Shown piece by piece: positions 20,451 through 31,987 of a stretch of 64,000 nt of DNA. Location: NCBI RefSeq assembly GCF_009914755.1, contig NC_060928.1. One strand, given 5' to 3'. Made by a program: the position numbers and the translations under genes. The stretch comes from the human T2T-CHM13v2.0 reference genome, Homo sapiens. Numbering within the stretch: the first letter of the stretch is position 1; each line of letters starts with the position of its first letter. The notes under the pieces were generated by a model. That model ran no database searches and was not told the origin of the DNA. It was given only the letters and a program-made list of their open reading frames with translations.

Positions 20451-20601
20451 AAATATATATGTTTAAAAAATATATATTTTAAAAAATATATATGCGTATA
20501 TATATACACACACATATATACATATATACACATATATAGTATATATATATATATATACACTAAACATTAGGGCTTTTTTCAGTATATATATATAGTATAT
20601 A
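20451..20601. repeat. TA-rich tract containing a 21-nt foreign insert
   Basis: (TA)n/(CA)n mosaic interrupted by aaacattagggcttttttcag (20562-20582), which matches 23326-23347. Confidence 0.88.
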
Positions 20602-21614
20602 TGTCTCCAGCTATTTAACTCACAACCGTCATACTTAGTCTGCTACTGGAATTGTACATTGCTAAACTAAGGACACCCACTCCTGTCATCTGTGTGAATT
20701 TACATAAGTAATCTCACCCCCATACATACACACACTTCACCATATGAGTTATTTTATTGGTACTTTGTTAATAATGCCAACATTATTTTTATGGTGGTTG
20801 ATACAAATTTGATAAGCATTGAAGTCAGAACTTTCTGCTATAATGTGGAGATAAATTATTGTTCCACTATATATGTATATATAGTATATATACGTATATA
20901 CGTATATATAGTGTATATATAGTATATATAGTGTATATATAGTATATATATGTATATACGTATATATACTATATATACTATACATATACTATATATAGTG
21001 TATATATACTTACATACATATACATATACTATATACACATACATATACATATACTATGTATTCATATATGTATATAGACTATATATACACTATACATACA
21101 CTATATATAGACTATATATAGTTTATGTATACTATATATAGTGTATGTATACAATACATACACTTTATACATATATACATATACATGTATATATGTATAT
21201 ATATATACATGTATACACATGTATACATATACATACACTATATGTATATATATGTATATATACATATACATATAGTGTATGTATACATACATACACATAT
21301 ATACATACATATACATATACTATATATAATATATATATGTATATATAGTGGAACAAGAATTTATCTCCACATTATAGCAGAAAATTCTGGCTTTAATGCT
21401 TATCAAATTTGTTATCAACCACCATAAAAATAATGTTGGCATTATTAACAAAGTACCAATAAAATAACTCAAATGGTGAAGTGTGTGTATGTATGGGGGT
21501 GAGATTACTTGCATAAATTCACACAGATGACAGGAGTGGGTGTCCTTAGTTTAGCAATGTACAATTCCAGTAGCAGACTAAGTATGACGGTTGTGAGTTA
21601 AATAGCTGGAGACA
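20602..21614. repeat. Inverted repeat: arms 20602-20874 and 21341-21614 around a 466-bp TA-based spacer
   Basis: Manual alignment gives 8 substitutions and 1 indel over ~273 bp (~97%). Confidence 0.97.
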
Positions 21615-23635
21615 CCCAAAATGTAAATTTTGAGAGAGCAATAGCAGATGATTGACATGTGAATAAAGAAATGACTAAATACTTTAAACTTTCAAGCCCT
21701 GCAAGAATGTTACACACTGTGATTTTTTTCTGACCCTGGCACTGTAGGAAGAAATGTTACTCTTGCCTTGTAAGATGCCGTGTGAATAGTTGTGAGGCGG
21801 AGCATCCGTCTTGGTTAAGTGCTGTCCAATTACTGTCAGTGATTCCCACTGCTCGCCAGAAAGTGTTGCCTTAATCGTGTTCATTTCAGCAATGCTAAAA
21901 ATACATTTCTTGTGCTATAAAAATGCAGACATTTTTTCTATCAGTAATTTTGGATAATAATGTTTGTTGCAAATTCAAGATGAGGGTAGAAAATTTGCTA
22001 AAAGCCAAGATTCTATAACAAAATTTTGCCTGCCTAATACCCCGTATAAATAAACATAGAACAAGTTGCAAAATAGTGACAAAATTGTTTTAATTGAATT
22101 AAGACATTTTATTTTATAGTGTTTCAAAAAATAAATAACTGACAACATAATGATTACTGCAGGAGGGCAATGTCTTATTTAAAAAAAATAGCAGCAAATA
22201 TATTTTTGCCTGATGCCTGTGGCAGAAAAAATCAAGTTCCCATATCCTAGTAAACAAGAAAATAATTCAAGGCAAAGCAAAATGTAGTGCAAATGAAAAC
22301 CAAAACAAGAATGTATTGTGAGATGAGAACTTTGTAGGGTTTTTTGAGATATAAAACAGGCTGAATAAAACAAATGAAACATCACACCCGTCTGGTACAC
22401 TGTCTAAAGAAACAAAAAACAGTAGAGAAAATGTCACCAAATGTCAAAACTAGAACTCCTACAAAATAAAGCAGAACATTTTCCTAGAGATAAAGACTGC
22501 TACACAAACCTACCAGAACTCTATAAATCAAATTCTCGAAAAAGGGAGACCTCAATAGGCTAGAATGTCAACATTAATAAATAAAAAGAGTCAAATAGAA
22601 CTACCATGTTAGAGTAGTAATGTGAAAAGGAAGAGAAGCGCAACTATTATTTCCAGTTGTCAGGTTTTGCAGCAATATGTTTGTGTGAGTTCTAGAAGGT
22701 GATGGTAGTGAAGAATAGTATAAGGAGGAAAAGGGGAGATATTAGGAAAATAAGTGGGTGCATCAAGAAGAATAGAAAAGGAATCATTGATCTGCAGGTG
22801 TTGCAATTTTGTTGTTAGCATGAGCATAATGTTAACAGCTGCTAGAGATGGAGCCTGATGATATGCTAGCAACTCTGCTGCTTATAAGATTATTTGATCC
22901 TCACAATAACTATTGTAGGAATGTATTGCTATTTTCTTTTAGAGATGAGAATAGTGGATCAAAAGGCATATATTAATTGATCAGCATCACATGGTCACTG
23001 AGTACCTGGAGTATGATTCAAGCCAATACACATTATTTTGAAATATAATGTGTTCATTCATCCTCTTGTATTGTACCTATTCTGCTTTCCATGTTAAACG
23101 CTTAGCAGATAAATCCACATTGCAATTGTGAAAATATGAGTGTGATGCTGGGATTCTTATCAGATAATTAACTATGTAAGGTTAAAAGTTTCCAACTGGA
23201 CAATTTTACCCCAATTGGAACCTATTTGGGTCCCTGAAGAATAACTGACAATTTAGTCATAAATAATTTGACCTCTGGGTGAGGCTGTATAATATTAGCC
23301 GGTGAAACTTTAGAAAATATTTACCAAACATTAGGGCTTTTTTTCAGCTCAGCTGCTGCTAAGCTATTATCCTGACAATAATTAGTGAAAGGTTCAATAG
23401 CTTAAGGCTGCTTCATAATGAAACCATGTCATCTGCACAGAGAGGGATGATTATCTCCTAATTTGTGGAGTTAAAAAGGACTGCATCCAAATTATCTAAA
23501 TCAGTAGCTAAGTTATCCAACTTATTTTCTGCCTCACACGGATCATATTTACAACATAGTCTCATGGGTGACATCACTCATTACATAAAATAATTCTAAA
23601 ATGATAGAGAAGTAGAAGGTCATATCTCCCTAAGG

Positions 23636-23810
23636 TAATAGTTCTCAGTTCAAGCTGTTCATCATAGTTGCTTGCAAACTTAATAAAAATACAGTTTCAG
23701 ATTTATGTCCTTACAATTTCGATTCTGCACAGCTGAGAAGGACCTGGGCATGTCTATGTTTGCAAAACAACTTGATTTTGAGGCATAGGCAAGATGGAAA
23801 ACTATTATTA
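23636..23810. mobile_element. MER5-like hAT fossil
   Basis: 'tagttctca...taaaaataca...gattctg...gacctgggcatgtctatgttt...gaaaacta' follows the MER5 pattern, highly diverged. Confidence 0.4.
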
Positions 23811-24639
23811 AAGGGGGATATAGAATCTTCTGTGTGTTAGATTTAAAGAGGCTGTTGAACTAAACCAACAAATGTTCAACAACAACAAAACTCCAAAGAG
23901 AATCCTGATATACTACCTGAACTGTGTTTCTAGAACAGAATCAATCAAAATACTGGTTGATGAGCACATTTATAGACTGAATTCAAGATTTGTGCACGGG
24001 TGTGCACATTTTTACCTGCATCTTTTTGAAATAGCAGAAAAATATAAAATGTAAATAATTTCACAAAAGTCTTGAAATACAAACTTGAAATCCTGCTAAG
24101 CAAAAGAGAAGACCTTTGAGTGAATATCCCCAAAAGAAATCTGGCGAGTGGTGGAAAGGACTACAATCTCAGAAATTGGGAGCAGAAGATGGTGATTCAG
24201 AAAAGAATTTAGTGAGTGATATGTATGGAACAGTTGTACCAGGCCCTCTCAGAAAGAGGCTGATTGCAGCTTATGTTCCCTCACTAAAGCCAAGACTATT
24301 TTTAAACTGTGAAAGCCCATAACTATTCTAATGAAGTGGAACATCTGTAATGGTTGTGGTTCGCCACGCAAGTGTTTGAGAGGCAATGCCTGGAAAGTGC
24401 CCAGATATCTTCCGGTTGATACAAAGAACAAAGGAGCTCAAATAGCCAAAATGCAAGCTGCTCACATTCACAGCTTCTCAGGCCAAAAATCTGGATATCC
24501 GATTTGATCATGTTTTTTACCCCCCTACTCAATTTATCTGAAAGTTTTGTTAGCTCCGAATGCAAACTTTACATCACATTTATATACTTCTTTCAAATTC
24601 CACAGCTACCATTCCATTCTTTACCAGCATCATCTTCAC

Positions 24640-24950
24640 TTGCCTTACTGCAGTACCTTCCTAGCTGGCCTCGCCATTTTCACTCTTCTTTCATCCCAAT
24701 CTAATCTCCACACAGCTCCTATAATGACATTTTCAAAACATAAATCAGGTCATACTCTTCATTAGCTTAAAGCCCTGCCATAGTTCCTGAATCTTAAAAT
24801 AAAACCAAATTTCTTGCAGTGGGCTGAGACATTGCCTTTCATTTCTTCCCATTTCTCTTAGCTCCTGTCCTCCCTCTTGGGGAAACATTGTTGATTTTTG
24901 TCCTTTTCTGTTGTTCCTAGGTATATGACTCAGGATAGGACATGTCCTCT
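24640..24950 (+). mobile_element. L2 fragment
   Basis: 'caatctaatctccacacagc..ttttcaaaacataaatcaggtcat..gcttaaagccct' is typical of the L2 3' region. Confidence 0.65.
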
Positions 24951-25580
24951 TTTACTATAAATGTGAATAAATGTATATTGGTATTAAAATATATACACCT
25001 GTAAGTAAATATAATAATGTACATAATACTGTTGATGTACTATTACTTGAGAGAAAAGGGTTATCTTTTTAAAAAATTATGGATAAGTATTGCAAGGTCT
25101 TAGACCACAGTAAGTTATTATGGAATGAAACACTTTATATTTTTTTCCTTTTATTTTTCTAGTCTCCATGTTTTATTGATTATGGTCCCTAGAGGAAGAG
25201 CAATATTGAAAGCAAAAAAGGTTTTCTCAACTTGTTCTAAAATATCTATCACTGAAATAAAGGTTAGCAAAGAAAAAAGAAAACAAAATGTAATGCCTTA
25301 ATTAGAAATGTAAAAGTACTAACTCAAGAAAAGTCACACACATTTCCAATGAGTAATAATTATCTGGTATTATACATTATCTCAGACAAATATATTTTTC
25401 TCATATTGAAATAAATATTTATGGAGAAATCCATATCTGCTGTGAACTATGTTTTGACAAAACGATATAATTATTTGTATTCAGGTCTTCCAAAATTTAA
25501 AATTCAGGTGATAGGTACTCAATAGATGGACATTATAGTTCTAGACATACCTGAACAACTGCCATATGCAACAGCAAAAG

Positions 25581-25583
<3 letters not shown>

Positions 25584-25622
<39 letters not shown>

Positions 25623-25657
25623 TATATATGTGTGTGTGTATATATATATATATACAC

Positions 25658-25688
<31 letters not shown>

Positions 25689-25710
25689 TATATATATACA
25701 TACACACATA
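25584..25710. repeat. Compound (TA)n/(CA)n/(TG)n microsatellite, near-palindromic
   Basis: (AT)15 then (CA)4(TA)3(TG)5(TA)8 and further TA/CA units. Confidence 0.95.
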
Positions 25711-25961
25711 CTTTCTAAGGCATACCAAGGGCATCCTAGAAATTGTGTTCAAGACTGAAGGAAATAAATGATTATTTTATATACTAAGTAGACAAGAAGT
25801 TGACACATACAAAGTAAAATAAATTGTGTAATATAACTTTCTTTACCAAATTTACTTTAGTTGAAATCTGACTAAAGAATGGCATAAAACATTAAATAAA
25901 GGGAGGCTTCCTTAAAAATAGCCAATTAGCTATATGAAAATGAAGTTAAAGACTGAAAAAG

Positions 25962-26278
<317 letters not shown>

Positions 26279-26756
26279 CTAATTTTATTGTTTTTCTTCA
26301 AGTTATTATATTGAAAACAGATATCTCAAATATTTGGAACAGTATTTGAAAATTATCTTTATTGCCAGAAAAGTGTCACATTTGCTTGTGGGACTTGTCC
26401 ATTTTATTACTCTGTAGTAACTAAATTGTTAACACCCCTGAAATTCAATGTATCTGACTAGTCAGACTTCAACATTAGAATAGAAAATCATTTTTTCCCT
26501 TTGGATGTGGCAATTATAGAATACTTAGTTGGTATATCAGCTAAGAAGAAAGGCTAATTAACAAATCAAGCATAAATCAATACTTATATTCTATTTATTG
26601 AATGTAGTTTGGTTATGAAAATAGTCATGCTGAAGAACAATGGTAGATGATATTTCCAGCCAAGGTGTAGCTGATTTGGGAAGCTTTCATGAATGGGTCA
26701 AAATTACTACCTTGTGAAGAAACAGGCAGGTTAAAAGGTGTGTTGTGGGGGGAAAC

Positions 26757-27268
26757 ATATATATATTTTACATATATATAATATATTATATATAATATAT
26801 ATTATATAATATATATAATATATTATATATATTATATATATTATATATTTTATATATTTTATATAATATATATAATATATATTATATATAATATATATAA
26901 TATATTATATATATTATTAATATATATTATATAATATATTTAATATATTTATAGTATATATAATATATTATATAATATATTATATATATTATATAATATA
27001 TATTATATATATTATATATATTATTATATATTTAATAATATAAATATCTATGATACATAATATAACATATATTTATAATATATAATATATATTACATATT
27101 ATACATAATATATAATATATATTACATATTATACATAATATATAATATATATTATAGATTATATATTATATGTTATACATAATATATAATATATTATATA
27201 TTATATATTATACATAATGTATAATATATAATATATTATATATTATGTATAATATATAATATAATAAT
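26757..27268. repeat. ~510-bp almost pure A/T low-complexity tract (TATAA/TTATA units)
   Basis: Seen directly; includes ~30-bp higher-order repeats (ataatataatatatattacatattatacat). Confidence 0.95.
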
Positions 27269-27392
27269 AAATAGAGGTTTGATGCATTTAGTTCAGTCTG
27301 GACAGCTATTTTCAGTGAGAGTTGAGTTCATTACAGGCTATTCTGTCATAGTCAAAACCTGTAGTTTCTATTTGGTATGTGTGTAGTATATA

Positions 27393-27434
<42 letters not shown>

Positions 27435-27594
27435 CACACACACACACATATGCATCCCTAATATTAAATATATATACTACACACATACCAAATAGAAACT
27501 ACAGGTTTTGACTATGACAGAATAGCCTGTAATGAACTCAACTCTCACTGAAAATAGCTGTCCAGACTGAACTAAATGCATCAAACCTCTATTT
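27269..27594. repeat. Perfect 124-bp inverted repeat (27269-27392 / 27471-27594) with a 78-bp (CA)/(TA)-rich spacer
   Basis: Base-by-base reverse-complement comparison shows no mismatches. Confidence 0.97.
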
Positions 27595-30500
27595 GAAGGC
27601 ACTGGATAGGATAGGTCAATGCAGCCAGGATTGGAAAGAATAAAATTCCCGGGAAAAGGGAGGCACTAGGAGGACAGCCACATATTCACCATACTTTGTT
27701 TTTCCCTAAGGACATTTGCCAGTTCACAGAGGTATAGGGAATAGAATCCTAAGATTCGGAAAGGAGTAATACTAGGTTAAAGATTCAGGAGTTGGTCTTT
27801 AGAGGGCAAAAGCTCAGGAGATTTGAGAAGCAAAATCTCAGGGATGAAGAAACACCATAGAAGTGAGCTCAGTGTATTACCCTGGAAGCTCCATAGGGGA
27901 GAAAGAATCATAAACGGAAGGATCTATTTTCTTGAGAGTAATTTTGAGGCTCTGTATCAAGAAGGAGAGCTAGCACCTGACATAATTCAGTGAGATGAGG
28001 TGTTTGATACAGCTAGAGCTGTGTTGGGAAACACTACATGTGGCATATATTATGGGGTAGATTGTTTACTGCATCTGTGCACAGGACAACAACATTCTGG
28101 TAACCTAAGAGCTAAGCACCTTTGGCATGCATATTGAACTTTGAACAATGGACAATTTCTGCATGTCAGAGGTAGGCCTTCTTCAAGTAGCTACAATAAA
28201 AGGGGCCATCGCAACATGGAACCTAAGTAGTAGATGACAAGGAGCAGCACAAAATCCCCATGCTGCCAGATCTCCAATCATATGCATGTACACATTTGAA
28301 GATCCCTAGTTATTACTGGGGAAGCTACTTTGAAAGAAGCTACTTTGTGTGATGTGTGTTTATGTATGGATACATACAAATAGCTAGGTTGGAATTCATC
28401 CTATTTTGTTTTTATTACTTATTATTTAAAAATTATTAGTAAAAGTTACTGATTTCAACTCTGGTCAAATGATAACACATAGACATTCTGACCAGATTAC
28501 AAACATGAAAACGTAAAAACCTCAGGTTTCTTCAGAAGTAAAAATAATATAATAAAATAAATAGTCAAACAAATGCAGGCAATACCTATTGCTATTGTTC
28601 TCCAGGAAATCTCCACTAATTTTGAACAAGGAGACATGTGGTTATGATCAAAACCAATAATGGATATCTATAAAAAATCAGCAAAAGAAAAAAACTGACC
28701 TGGTTTAATTCCTCATGGGCAACTGTAACACAAAATCAAAACATAAATAGGTCTGGAAATAATGACAACAAAAATTACTTCTAATCATAAAATTGTAGAG
28801 AAATTCAGATGCCTAAAATTGTAGAAAGCACTGTACATGCATACATTTTCCCAGTGAAAATGTCATTAGTTTCATCACCAAATTCTTTGACTGATCCTTG
28901 CCACCAAAAGACTAAGAATCATTGGTAAAAATGAAATAGCCCTGAACTGGGATTCAGGAAACAAATGTTCTGGTATGAGCAAATTAATTAACCTATACAG
29001 TCCTTTGCTCTCAAGTAAAGAACAAGGAAGTTGAGCTATATGGTCACTATGGAAATTTTCATCTTGGGTAGTCTGATTTTCTTTTTGTTGTTTAAGGATG
29101 ATTGGTTATTCTTGGCAATATCTTCACTCAGAATAGGAAAATGACAAATTCCTTGTTCTACTACACAGCACATGCTTCTTTGTAGCTTCACTGATTTCTG
29201 AAAGAAGAATGGATTAATAGATAACCTTCTGAAATGAAGATTTAGCATGACTTCTGGTGGTTGGTTATTCTTTTTCAGTCATCTATTTTTTTTTCCTGCA
29301 TTTGTGACCTTCCAGGTAATATCTTGAGCATTTTGTAAAGATACTGGCTCTTTCCAAGCTTTTGGGTATCATTGCACTATTCTAGAGGACTATTAAATAG
29401 AGTAATCTTTCATTAACTGGCATTGTTGAGAATTAGCTTGATCCACATGAGTGAAATTAGTTCTGAGTGCACACGCTTTAAGTTTTATGGTATGAGCTTA
29501 TGCAATTGAGCTCTGATTACCTGGTTTAGGTTTGTCTTCTGGATAATGAAGTTTGGTTTAAAATGTTCTAAACTAACTAATATCTTTGTTTGGAGAATTT
29601 TACTTGCCTTAAATGAACAAACAAGTCATAATTTCAAAAGTGACTTTGACTGAAGAAACATAGACAGAATGTCACTTAATACAAATCAAAGAGCTTCATG
29701 ATTGTGAGAAGATTTGCCTTTTAGAGACCTAGATGCTCTTTACTATTATTAGTTCAGCAGAAATCCCATGTATAAGAATACAGATATGGGGAATTTGTTT
29801 CCTTTAAGAAATTTTTTCCTTTTAAAATCATATAAAAGAACAATTTGGTCTAGATCCGGAAAGTAATGAGGGAATTACCCTTGAATAGCTGGTAGTAGGT
29901 AGCATAACTTTACAATCTGTTCACTTTAAATTTCGCATGTAACTGCAGCAGTGGGAGTTGGAACGCAGGTTTAAGGCATAATGAAATTACCATGGAGAGG
30001 GGCCATCTAGCCAACAGAAGTCCAGCTAGAAGTGACAGTTACACTGCTGCCATCCAAAAAGCATGTAAATAATGGCTCTGAAAATCATAGAGAATTTAAC
30101 CATAAATTTTATACAGATTTATATCTTAATGTAAAGGGATGGCATAAAGTAGAACTTTTAGTAGTATCACCTGCTAAAACAAATTCATTCATTTTTTCAT
30201 ATGCATATAAACTCTAGCCCATTTTTAAATCTATGAAACTATAATCTACCTAGGAAATCTACCTGAGATAGAATCATTTTAAAACTGAGCTGATAATCTT
30301 ATTATGTTAGAAAGATTATATAATAGAAAATCAACATTCAAAAATTGAATTTATAGTAAATTATCACTGATATATTTAAGAAACAAGAACTGCATCTGTA
30401 CTAAATGAATCTGTAGTAGACACTTTTAACTTTTACTTTACTAAAATTTTATAAGAATATGTCAAAATATCACATATTCAAATTGTACTTCAAAACTGTT

Positions 30501-30831
30501 ATAAAAATATATAAATGCATTTTTGAATGCCTACTTTTTAATGCTGGATAGGGACATGATGTCGCTATCATTTCAGGAAAATTAATCTTGGACTAATATT
30601 TAGACTATATCTGAGAAAGAAAAAAATCACCAGATAATACTGAAAAAAAAAATCTAAATAATTCTTTTGTAAAAATACAAGCACCTGGTCTCCATACAGA
30701 TGAAATAAAAGAGTGGCAAATGTTAGTCTTCAGACCTAGTCAGAGGCAATAGGGAGGTGCATTGTCGAGAATTTGAAAATAAACTGAGTGAAAATGTGTC
30801 TGCTTCTAAACAATGTCAACGATAAAATATT

Positions 30832-30883
30832 CTTTCCTTTAAAACTAAAATCTTACTTTCCTTTAAAACTAAAATCTTACTTT
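30832..30883. repeat. 24-bp tandem duplication
   Basis: ctttcctttaaaactaaaatctta x2 plus cttt. Confidence 0.9.
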
Positions 30884-31348
30884 TGGTCTAAGTACTAACC
30901 AATTGCTGTTGTTACTGATGGGTTTATTCATATACATGCAGTATTCAAATTAGCATATTTCATTTACGTTTCCTTAATAAGCATTGTGTCTGCAAGAATG
31001 TTAATTCAAAGAACTTCCAGTTATAAAGTCATCTCCCTCTACATGGGGACTCAGCTACACCAGCTTATTTTACGAGACAATTTATAAGAATTTGGAACCC
31101 TTTGAGCTTGCTTCAGGTAGAGTTTGTATTGCAAATCCCTGAGTTATTAGGTATTCCTGCACTGAAAAGCAACAAGTTTGAAATAAGCAAAGGTGGTTCA
31201 GTAATTTTAAAGATGATGAAACAGGATTTGAATTATTTTATTTTTATAATATTTACTTAAATTTTATTAATTTGTATATTTAAAGAAATGATTATGAGAT
31301 TCAGTAAGGCAAAGTTTTCAGTTTTCTTTCTGACCATTGGTTTTCTTT

Positions 31349-31819
<471 letters not shown>

Positions 31820-31987
31820 TAAATGGAGTAGAATCATCAAAAGACTTTCATGTGTTTTGTTTATAGATTGGGAATGTAAAACATAATAAGTAACCTGGAA
31901 TTAGACATCAATTAACTATTTAGGAGGAAAGGAATAGGTATAAAGGATAGTGAGTTTCAGTTTTTGCACAGTTCAATTTGACGTGGT

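Noticed and set aside
20749-21514. Cluster of overlapping Y/I/V/H-rich ORFs (also at 25519-25771, 48877-49191, 61084-61350)
   Set aside because: Translations of TA/CA microsatellites, which lack stop codons by composition.
20602-21614. Interpretation of the inverted repeat as a MITE or DNA transposon
   Set aside because: No TSD, no recognisable TIR family ends, and the left arm is embedded in TA filler while the right arm is continuous with unique flank.
28320-28346. Short 10-19-bp direct duplications (also 4182, 49869, 51721, 56562)
   Set aside because: Ordinary slippage-scale duplications; individually uninformative.
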